Shown here: in pieces, positions 56,128-64,000 of the stretch
Numbering within the stretch: the first letter of the stretch is position 1
Layout of the letters: the number at the start of each line of letters is the position of its first letter
Assembly (NCBI GenBank): GCA_964636545.1
Contig: CAZWSR010000001.1
Span: forward strand, 1-64,000
Source of the DNA: Candidatus Undinarchaeota archaeon
Lineage (GTDB): Archaea; Undinarchaeota; Undinarchaeia; Undinarchaeales; UBA543
Reading direction: 5' to 3'
DNA length: 64,000 nucleotides
Notes under the pieces: generated by a model
The model's input: only the letters and a program-made list of their open reading frames with translations
The model's database searches: none
Told to the model about the DNA's origin: nothing
Position numbers and translations under genes: made by a program

Positions 56128-57618
56128 ATGCAAAATATAAAATCAGTTAAAGAATTTGAAAGATCAAAAAGTCAACCACAGCATAGGCCAGCCAAAAAAA
56201 CACATAAACCAAGCAGAAGAGAACAAGAAAACCCAATAAAAAACCAATGGCCACCAAAAAAAGCACACGAAGGTTCAGAAAAACAGAGTTATAGTCTGGA
56301 CTCTGTAGCTCTATTTAAGAAACTAGGACTAAATGACACAATACTTAGATCACTTGCAGAACATGGATTTATAACCCCAACAGAAATACAAACCAAATCA
56401 ATACCAATTGTTATTGCAAGAAAGGACGTTATAGCACGAGCTGCAACTGGCTCTGGAAAAACACTTGCTTTTGGATCAGGAATTATACAAAATATTACCA
56501 GAGGAAAAGGTTTGCAAGCATTGATTCTTACACCAACTAGGGAACTGGCAGAACAGAATGCTGAAGAATTAAGGAAGTTTTCAAAATACAAACCACTTAG
56601 AATTGTAAAAATTTATGGCGGAGTGCCGATTAACCCACAAATACACAAAGTCAGAAGTGCCGACATTGTTGTTGGAACACCAGGACGACTCCTTGATCAT
56701 ATGGAAAGACGAACAATTTCATTAAGAAATATTGACACAGTTGTGCTTGATGAAGCAGACAGGATGCTTGACATGGGTTTCTTGCCAGATGTTCAAAAAA
56801 TAATTGGCGCTTGCCCATTAGAAAGGCAGACACTTTTGTTTTCAGCAACTGTTTCTGGTGGTGTATCTAGCTTAGCTAGAAAATACATGAAAAACCCACA
56901 AGAAGTGTTTGTGAAATCCTTTGTTGACCCATCAAAACTTGAGCAAATTTATTATGATATACCGCACAACATGAAATTTTCTTTACTTGTTCACTTACTG
57001 AAAAACGAGGACTCAAAACTTGTAATGATATTCTGTAACACAAGACACATTGTTGATTCTATAGCAGATAACCTGCAGCAACATGGAATAAACGCAATAC
57101 CAATCCACGGCGGTTTGGCTCAGTCAAAGCGAAAGAAAACATTAGGAAAATTCCATTCACAAGAATCGCAAGTACTTGTGTGCACTGATGTTGCAGCACG
57201 TGGACTGGATATTCCGCATGTTTCACATATTTACAATTACGATATTCCAAAAGAAAGCAGCCAGTATATCCACAGAATTGGAAGAACAGCGCGCGCAGGA
57301 AAAGATGGAAAAGTAATCAACATACTTTCTGATGCAGACCACATGAATTTTAGAAAAGTAATGAACGAAAATGTAGGTAAAATAACAAGAGTAGAGAAGC
57401 CATATGTTGAAAGGGTACGGCTTCAACATTCAGCAAGAAGTAGGCCTAGAACAGGTGGTTATGGTGGAAGAAGACAAGGTGGTGGAGGCAGAAGAACCGG
57501 CGGCGGACAACAGGGTTCTGGAAAAAGACAACACAATCATCCGCCTAAAAAACACAAACACCCACCAAAACAGCTTAGCCATTCACCTAAAAAACCGCAT
57601 GCAAAACCAGCAAATTAA
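56128..57618 (+). CDS. DEAD-box RNA helicase (CshA/DeaD-like)
   Basis: Q motif, ATGSGKT, PTRELA, TPGR, DEAD, SAT, ARGLD, HRIGRTAR; RG/H-rich tail. Confidence 0.96.
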   Translation: MQNIKSVKEFERSKSQPQHRPAKKTHKPSRREQENPIKNQWPPKKAHEGSEKQSYSLDSVALFKKLGLNDTILRSLAEHGFITPTEIQTKSIPIVIARKDVIARAATGSGKTLAFGSGIIQNITRGKGLQALILTPTRELAEQNAEELRKFSKYKPLRIVKIYGGVPINPQIHKVRSADIVVGTPGRLLDHMERRTISLRNIDTVVLDEADRMLDMGFLPDVQKIIGACPLERQTLLFSATVSGGVSSLARKYMKNPQEVFVKSFVDPSKLEQIYYDIPHNMKFSLLVHLLKNEDSKLVMIFCNTRHIVDSIADNLQQHGINAIPIHGGLAQSKRKKTLGKFHSQESQVLVCTDVAARGLDIPHVSHIYNYDIPKESSQYIHRIGRTARAGKDGKVINILSDADHMNFRKVMNENVGKITRVEKPYVERVRLQHSARSRPRTGGYGGRRQGGGGRRTGGGQQGSGKRQHNHPPKKHKHPPKQLSHSPKKPHAKPAN

Positions 57619-58454
57619 ATATTTTTCAATAATGTATTAACATAATCCATAGAACCGTCATTTAATACTAACGCATCATACACAGCAGAATACTGGTCAA
57701 TAAATTTATCAATATACTGATTTAAGAAACCAATATTAATACAACAATCGTGGCTTATGCCTTTGGCCATGTCAATATCTCCTAGCATATCACCCAAGAG
57801 TAAAACATTTCGCCTCTTTTCTATCTGACTCAAATAAGGAGCATAACTTATCTGCACTTCGTTTTTATTACAAGTATGAATAACTGGCGTTTTATAACCA
57901 GTTACTTCTCCTTGAGTATTAAATTCAAAAAAATTAGCAATAATATGAATATTATCTGTTAACTTGTTTTCTGACTCAAGATATTTCTGTATTAGAGTCC
58001 CGACACCTGCAGAAAAAATTAGCAAAGGCACATTGTTCTCAACAAGCATATCCAAAAACTCAAAAGCACCATCACGCAATTGAATTTTTTTCTATTTAAT
58101 AATATTTTCAAGCATCTCTAACTTCAATCCAGAATCAACTGTCAATTGCAAAAACTTATTCCACCACTCATTCATCAACTTTTTCTTTTGGTCCAGAGGA
58201 ATAAATGGTGAGATTTCTTGAGAATAATATTCATCGTGAAGTTTTTTGTATTCAATCTGATATTCAGAAGAAAAATGCAACTCATTCTTCACCAACTCAG
58301 AAGTACTAAAATGTTTTCCATCAATATGTCCCTTAGTTAAAGTACGATCAAAATCAGCAACAACATGAAAACCACTAAACCCATCTCTCTTAAATTCAGC
58401 TAACTTTTTTGTGAGTTCTTCTTGTTTTGGGATATGAATTTGATTATTGACCAT
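57615..58454 (-). pseudogene. Pyrimidine 5'-nucleotidase (cN-III/UMPH-1 HAD) interrupted by one in-frame TAG
   Basis: ADFDRTLT, M.EWW, LRDG..EF, FSAGVG, LLGD..GD..M, IGFLN all in one frame; TAG at 58092-58094. Confidence 0.8.
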
Positions 58455-58603
58455 TCTTGTTCAAGTTTCATAGAAAAAACTAGCTATATACTTTTGCCAA
58501 GCACCAATACACTTAAATACACCCCCAAACCCAGAAAGCTTAGCACAAAAAGAATTACATATGTAACTATTTTTGTGAAATAAATAAAAAAGGTAAAAAT
58601 AAA

Positions 58604-59176
58604 ATGTACGTAGATGACGAAACTCCTGAGGAAGCACCTCAGGAAGAAACAAAAGAACAGGAAGAAGTTGAAGCTCCAGAAGAAGCTACTTCCGAAGAAA
58701 ACACAGCAGAAGCTCCAGAAGAGGAAGCAGCTCCAGAAGAAACACCAGCAGAAGAGCCAGCTCCAACTGAAGATGCAGCTCCTGAAGAAGAAGCAGCAGC
58801 TCCAGAAGAAGCAGCTCCAGCAGAAGAACCAGCAAGCGGCGAAGTTAAAACAGATGATCGCGGACGTGAAATACACAGTGCAACCTGTGCAGATTGCGGA
58901 CAGACATGTGAAATTCCTTTTAAGCCAGACCCTGAAAAGCCAGTATACTGCAGAGATTGCTACCAGAAGCACAGACCACCAAGGCGCAGCTTTGGCGGCG
59001 GTGGCGGAGGCGGCTTTGGCGGTGGTGGACGCGGCGGAGGCGGTGGCGGCAGTTTTAGCCGTGGACCAAGAGAGATGCACGATGCAACTTGCGCAAAATG
59101 CGGAAAAGCATGCCAGGTTCCATTCAAGCCTTCCGGTGAGAGACCAGTTTACTGCAGAGATTGTTATCAGAAGTAG
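58604..59176 (+). CDS. Protein with two CxxC-x17-CxxC Zn domains, acidic N-terminus and Gly-rich linker
   Basis: C..CG..C..PFKP....PVYCRDCY twice. Confidence 0.9.
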   Translation: MYVDDETPEEAPQEETKEQEEVEAPEEATSEENTAEAPEEEAAPEETPAEEPAPTEDAAPEEEAAAPEEAAPAEEPASGEVKTDDRGREIHSATCADCGQTCEIPFKPDPEKPVYCRDCYQKHRPPRRSFGGGGGGGFGGGGRGGGGGGSFSRGPREMHDATCAKCGKACQVPFKPSGERPVYCRDCYQK

Positions 59177-59316
59177 TAAAACTGATTAAGCTGTAAAATA
59201 CTAGGCGTCGATAGGGTAAGATCTTTGGCGCATTATTTTTCTTTAAATTAAATAAAATAGTGTGAACTTTCTTAAAAAAAACTATAAATAGGAGAATAAC
59301 TACTTGTTTTATTACT

Positions 59317-59709
59317 ATGGGAATAGGAATTCTAAGTAAACGCGCAAAACTCAAAAGTGATTTTGACAACCCAGAAAATAAAGATTGGTTTGGGTTTGTA
59401 GAGAGACGAAGATGGCAATATCTTTACACTACTAATTGGGAACTTGTACATTATGAAGATGTTGAAAAGGAAATTGGAAAAGTGAGAAGGCATATGAAAA
59501 GAGTGTCTAAGGATGTAAAGGAAGCTGAAGAAGAAGCTTTAGAAAAGAAAAATAAAGGTGAAGAAGTTCCTGAAGGAGTTTGGAAGAAATTAAAGTTTTT
59601 GGAAGAAATGGAGAAAAAGATTACTGAGGTTCAAGCAGTATTAGATGAAAAATTAAGAGAAGGACCAGAACATAGTTCAGAAGAATCTCCTGTTGTTGCT
59701 GAAGCTTAA
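59317..59709 (+). CDS. Hypothetical protein
   Basis: 130-aa ORF with coiled-coil C-terminus. Confidence 0.6.
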   Translation: MGIGILSKRAKLKSDFDNPENKDWFGFVERRRWQYLYTTNWELVHYEDVEKEIGKVRRHMKRVSKDVKEAEEEALEKKNKGEEVPEGVWKKLKFLEEMEKKITEVQAVLDEKLREGPEHSSEESPVVAEA

Positions 59710-59764
59710 ATTTATTCCAAAATCTAAATAGATAAGAGTTTTAGAGTATTATCTTTATTACACT

Positions 59765-60409
59765 TTATTCTACTGAACAATAGCATCCACAAGATTCAGT
59801 TGATACGCAATTAGTGAACATTGTGTCAAGACAACCGCCCATGTAAATGTCAAGTCCAACAGCAGATTCCTTGCACTCACCATAATTATACCCATCAATC
59901 TTGCATGCTATATCACAATCAGATGCAGTAGTAAATGAGGAAGAGCTTGGTACACAGCACATGTTAAGTGAAAAGAAACCAATAACCTCGCCACTCACTT
60001 TTGATCCTTCTGGACATTTAATATCATCTCCAGCAAGATTAACAACTGTTCCACCTTGTGCTTCACAATCTTCTGGAAGGATTTCGGCTTCTTCTCCCTG
60101 ACAAAGTGTTTCCCATTTCCTAATACAAGTTTTAGATGACTCGCACCAAGTATATCCAGCAGAAGTAAGACAACCATTCTCATCGCGGTCTCCGCCAATT
60201 AATTTTTCTTCAGGAGTTACACAACTTCCAGAACCATCGCAATCACTTGTCATCATTTTTCCAGTATCTTCACTTGGAACACATTGTTTTTCGCAATTAT
60301 CTGGACAAGTACTATACGTGTTGCTTTCGCAACTAGTAGCAAGATCAATACAACCAGATACAAGGACTGCAACTAACACCAAAATTGAAATTAAAATGAC
60401 TTTTTTCAT
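59765..60409 (-). CDS. Cys-rich lipoprotein-like exported protein
   Basis: LVSGC lipobox-like; GGDRDENGC..SAGY.WCE...C.R.WE motif. Confidence 0.75.
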   Translation of the reverse strand: MKKVILISILVLVAVLVSGCIDLATSCESNTYSTCPDNCEKQCVPSEDTGKMMTSDCDGSGSCVTPEEKLIGGDRDENGCLTSAGYTWCESSKTCIRKWETLCQGEEAEILPEDCEAQGGTVVNLAGDDIKCPEGSKVSGEVIGFFSLNMCCVPSSSSFTTASDCDIACKIDGYNYGECKESAVGLDIYMGGCLDTMFTNCVSTESCGCYCSVE

Positions 60410-61032
60410 TGTACAGCCTCAGCTGTGATTATTTTAACTTCTTCAACTGGTTTGTCTCCAGCGCCTGTTTGAACTTTTCCAATTGCATCAACAACTTCCA
60501 TCCCAGTAACAACTTTTCCGAAAACAGGGTGCTTACTTGACAAAGGTTGTTTGTCCCAATCCAGCATAGTATTATCAACTAAATTTATGAAGAATTGACT
60601 TCCACCAGAATTTGGCCCAGAATTTGCCATTGAAATTGTTCCGCGAACATTTGTGCTTCCTGCAACAAACTCGTCTGCAATTTTGTAGCCAGGACCACCC
60701 ATACCAGTTCCAGTTGGGTCTCCGCCTTGAATCATGAAACCGTCAATAACGCGGTGGAAAATAACGCCGTTGTAGAATCCTTCTCCAACAAGCTTCTTGA
60801 AATTTCCAGCAGTGATCGGCATATTATCATAAAGCTCTATGACAATGTCTCCGAGATTTGTTTTTAGAACAACTTGTGTTCCAGTTGATTCTTCAACTGG
60901 TGGTTCAACAGGTTTTTCAATTTGTACTTCTTCTTCCATTTGAGTTTCCCCAGTAGTTTCAGCTGACTTGATGCAGCCAGCTAGTAAAACTGCTATTAGC
61001 AGTATTAGTATTAAACTTATTTGTTTTTTCAT
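60406..61032 (-). CDS. Cyclophilin-type PPIase with lipoprotein-like signal
   Basis: LLAGC; FHRVIDGFMIQGGDPTG.G.GGPGY, MANSGPNSGGSQFFI. Confidence 0.95.
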   Translation of the reverse strand: MKKQISLILILLIAVLLAGCIKSAETTGETQMEEEVQIEKPVEPPVEESTGTQVVLKTNLGDIVIELYDNMPITAGNFKKLVGEGFYNGVIFHRVIDGFMIQGGDPTGTGMGGPGYKIADEFVAGSTNVRGTISMANSGPNSGGSQFFINLVDNTMLDWDKQPLSSKHPVFGKVVTGMEVVDAIGKVQTGAGDKPVEEVKIITAEAVQ

Positions 61033-61158
61033 TTTTTTAAATTTAACCACAGCATGGTTTTTTTGGTCCCATTTTTTACTCCAAAAAAAATAGAAAGTTC
61101 TTACTTAAATACTTGACGCAGAAAAACTATTAATACAATATGAGTAGATAAATAGTGC

Positions 61159-61443
61159 ATGAACTCCAAATTGCATCGCATATTGATGCTTCTTTTGATA
61201 GTTGCAGTTATAGTAGGAGTTAGTTTTATGAAATTGGATACAACAGGTTTTGCAATTTTTCAGATGAATGACCAGAATTCTTTTGATCAAGGAAATTACA
61301 CCCAAACAGTATATGATGGATCAGGTTTTGTCCAGCTTGACACTGGACAAACAAGTGGCTCATACACAAGCAATGTTTTTGATGCCACCGTCAGCATCAG
61401 TGCAAACAACTTCACCACTTTGCACAACCACACGTCCATCTGA
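61159..61443 (+). pseudogene. Truncated N-terminus of a surface protein
   Basis: Signal/TM, TGFA, F.QG.Y..T..SG.YTS.VFD, then runs into the opposite-strand ORF. Confidence 0.5.
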
Positions 61444-61554
61444 CATATAATTATAGAAACCTCCGAATAATGCTATTACTATTAAAAGCGCTATTCCACC
61501 ATAGACCATATGCTTGCGGTTTATGTATTCAATTTCAAGTTTGTGTCTGTTCAT
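61360..61554 (-). pseudogene. Truncated exported protein
   Basis: TM followed by CTDADGG, ending at the overlap with the convergent fragment. Confidence 0.45.
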
Positions 61555-61957
61555 TTTTCTTCTTACCCCTTGGTTTTTTCTTATTTAATATTACGAATTT
61601 TGAAAATCGTTTCTTTTTTTGGTTTTTTGGCTTTTCACCACGTGAAATTGCCTCGTAAACAGGGAGCTTGCCCTTGATGTCAGATAGTTTCTCCCTATAC
61701 TTTTGCATGCGAATTCCATAGGTCAGAGCAGATAACTTTCCTGTTGAATAGCGGTCCAACTGTGCTTTTTTCATTAACTTGTCCAGAACTACTTCTTCAA
61801 TTTTGAAATGCTCAACTTTTCTCTTTGCCCTGATTTTTCTTGTAATCCTGAAGGCTATGAAAGTGAAAGAGGAAAGGAGAACTACGATTATTATAAATTT
61901 CCCCCAATGTTTTTGCAAAACAGGAAGTAAACGTTTGAGATATTCTTCTTCCAGCAC
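61535..61957 (-). pseudogene. Probable C-terminal fragment (TM plus cytoplasmic tail) of a larger membrane protein
   Basis: No good start; TM then L.KKAQ.DRY..G.LS...Y.IRM..Y.E.L tail. Confidence 0.5.
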
Positions 61958-62052
61958 TCAACTAACTCGCTAATTTACTAACTAGACAATACAACTAATC
62001 CAGGAAATTATAAAACAACAGACATATATACTAGATTTTGATAATTAAAATT

Positions 62053-62682
62053 ATGGATGCGAGAAATACATTAAGACAGCATTTGATTGTTGGTATTTTT
62101 TCATTAGGTTTAGTTTCTATTTTCAATTTTTTACTTGATGTTTCCTGGTCTGTATCGTTTGCTAGAGTTTCATTTATTTTATTATTTTTAATTTTAATTA
62201 TTGGTCCTTTAATGAGGATGAAAAAACCTACAACAAATTCATCACCTTTATTTGCTCCTTGGAGTTGGAGAGGAGAGCTTGGAATTTGGTTTACTCTAAT
62301 AGCTATAATTCATTTTATAATTGTAATTAGTGGGAGATCTTTTTCAAGCTTAATACACATAGGCGGTGAAGGATATGGACTTGCTAATTTACTTGGTTTA
62401 GTTTCTTTATTTTGGGCATTATTGCTTACAGCTACCTCTTTTGGTAAGGTAATTGAATTTTTAGGTATAGATTTGTGGAAATGGCTTCATAGTTTGACTC
62501 ATGCAATATTTTATTTGGTTTCTGGACATTTTATTTATTTCCAATTCTTTTCAACTTATGGCGGAGGAGGCCCAGATTGGTTTGGATACCTTGCTGTGGG
62601 AATGGCGATTACAGTAATAGTTCTACAATTAGTTGCGTTTGTATTAATGATTACAAAACATAGGGGAGAAAAAATAACGTAA
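62053..62682 (+). CDS. Ferric-reductase-like heme-binding membrane protein (MsrQ/YedZ-like)
   Basis: L.IGPL, WR.ELG.W, H, L..TS, W..LH...Y....H. Confidence 0.8.
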   Translation: MDARNTLRQHLIVGIFSLGLVSIFNFLLDVSWSVSFARVSFILLFLILIIGPLMRMKKPTTNSSPLFAPWSWRGELGIWFTLIAIIHFIIVISGRSFSSLIHIGGEGYGLANLLGLVSLFWALLLTATSFGKVIEFLGIDLWKWLHSLTHAIFYLVSGHFIYFQFFSTYGGGGPDWFGYLAVGMAITVIVLQLVAFVLMITKHRGEKIT

Positions 62683-62749
62683 TTACTTTTGTCACCAACT
62701 GGAAAGAGTTAATGAAATTTTATAAAGAGTAACTGTTCTGTTCCTTTTT

Positions 62750-63028
62750 ATGAATGAATTTAAGTATAGAGTTGCTAGGCAAACAATTCTTGAAACTTTA
62801 AGCAGGCGCAGGAAATGGGGCGGCTCGCATACTCATTACAAGTACGCTTTTGCAAGAATTCCAAGAGAGGAATGGGGTTCAAAAGAAGTTAAGCAGGCGT
62901 TTTCTGATTTGGTGAAGGAAGAAAAAATTTTACTCAAGAAAACAGTAGAGGAAGCTCATGTTTCTCTTAATACGAAACTGTCTGAAGAAATAAAAGCAGA
63001 AATCAATGCATCTATAAATATATATTAA
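62750..63028 (+). CDS. Small basic hypothetical protein
   Basis: RRRKWGGSHT...L.KE..IL.K.T....HVSLN; upstream TATA. Confidence 0.65.
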   Translation: MNEFKYRVARQTILETLSRRRKWGGSHTHYKYAFARIPREEWGSKEVKQAFSDLVKEEKILLKKTVEEAHVSLNTKLSEEIKAEINASINIY

Positions 63029-63066
63029 TATATGAATGAGAAAGGTTTAAATAGTGGTGAAAAAAC

Positions 63067-63414
63067 ATGAATAGTATGAACAAAGTGGAAACAACATTAT
63101 TCACAGAAGCAGTAGGGAACTCTCCAACAGCGAGAGTTCTTGACATTCTCACAACCGGGCGAGGATTCTCCTACTCTCTAAGCGACATGGTAAGAGCAGC
63201 GCAAGTAAGCTGGGCAACTGTACACGAAGTAATTCCAAGATTGGAAAAACAAGGAATAATCAAGCATACGCGCGATTTGGGCAGGGCAAAGCTGTATCAG
63301 ATAAATAATGATAATGAAATTGCACAAGCCCTAATAAATCTGTCACTCAAAGTTCAGAACGATTACATTGACAATGTAGTTGCAAAAAAGTACGGCGTTA
63401 AAGTAAAAGCTTGA
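63067..63414 (+). CDS. Winged-helix (ArsR/MarR-like) DNA-binding protein
   Basis: GNSP..RVLD.L....F.YS..D....A.VSW.T....L...GII..TR..G.AKLY. Confidence 0.8.
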   Translation: MNSMNKVETTLFTEAVGNSPTARVLDILTTGRGFSYSLSDMVRAAQVSWATVHEVIPRLEKQGIIKHTRDLGRAKLYQINNDNEIAQALINLSLKVQNDYIDNVVAKKYGVKVKA

Positions 63415-63457
63415 ACAAACAACAAACTAAATAAACCCCCACTAAGTATACGCACTC

Positions 63458-64000
63458 ATGGAAAAATTACCAACTGGAGTTACTGGAATTGACAAAGTTT
63501 TAGGCGGCGGAATACCTGCTGGTTATAATATTGTTCTTCTTGGAGATCCGGGAACAAAAAAGAGCTTGCTTGCAAAACATATTGCTTATGAGCATTTAAA
63601 AAACGGAGGAACTGTTCTATATACTGTTACTGACAAGAGCCCTGTAAATTTGGAAAGTGAGTTTAAGGAATGTGGTTTTGAAGGAATTGGCGGGTATTTT
63701 CAGGACGGTTCTATTGAAGTTATTGATGTTTACTCGTGGAAAACAGGCAAGGACTCTGTGAAAACCGGTGACTTGACAGCTGTTTCAATTGAAATTGGAA
63801 AACGTAGAGCCAAGCTTGAGCAAAAGCGAAATGTTATGGAGATTTTTGACACTGCTTCTGAATTCCTGCTTTATTCAGACCACACTGCTGTCCTGAAATT
63901 CTTTGAAAAAGCATGTGCAAGAGCACGAGAATCTGGAACACTTTTGATTTTCATTGTTGAAGACGGCATGCACACTAAAGAGGAACTGACAATTTTTGAA
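63458..64000 (+). CDS. KaiC/RecA-superfamily ATPase (runs off window)
   Basis: MEKLPTGVTGIDKVLGGGIPAG..IVLLGDPGTKKS; IDVYSW; VEDGMH. Confidence 0.85.
   Translation, partial: MEKLPTGVTGIDKVLGGGIPAGYNIVLLGDPGTKKSLLAKHIAYEHLKNGGTVLYTVTDKSPVNLESEFKECGFEGIGGYFQDGSIEVIDVYSWKTGKDSVKTGDLTAVSIEIGKRRAKLEQKRNVMEIFDTASEFLLYSDHTAVLKFFEKACARARESGTLLIFIVEDGMHTKEELTIFE

Noticed and set aside
57615-58454. Genome-wide TAG recoding
   Set aside because: Conserved genes (rpoK, ahcY, mtnP, uppS) end at TAG at their expected lengths.
58620-59060. Glu/Ala/Pro and Gly-rich repeats as DNA repeat elements
   Set aside because: They are triplet-periodic low-complexity protein coding, typical of CxxC-x17-CxxC proteins.

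Overview
AT-rich archaeal chromosome segment, most consistent with a DPANN-type archaeon. Evidence: Topo VI A/B, TBP, MCM, RFC, thermosome, Rpo6/Rpo10, aIF1A/aIF2-beta, short leaders with TATA boxes about 25-30 nt upstream of start codons, and many Ig-like or Cys-rich surface proteins. The exact lineage cannot be fixed from this window. It carries information-processing operons, a SAM by-product/adenine salvage cluster (ahcY, apt, mtnP), a 12-gene type IV pilus locus, tRNA-Leu(GAG) and a bacterial-type ObgE. Four non-obvious signals stand out. (1) A fully paired Leu/Ser-type (long variable arm) tRNA with a Phe GAA anticodon and G73, preceded by a refolded partial paralogue of itself. (2) Several orphan cassettes of about 0.8-1.2 kb flanked by duplications of host gene 3' ends or TATA boxes, one with a synonymously recoded replacement 3' end, and no integrase in the window. 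(3) A dispersed family of 7-mer/8-mer periodic palindromic arrays that invade prepilin leaders and protein linkers. (4) A modular hairpin-rich non-coding element present at three sites. No CRISPR array, rRNA, transposase or integrase was seen. Family assignments come from motif recognition only; no database search was run.
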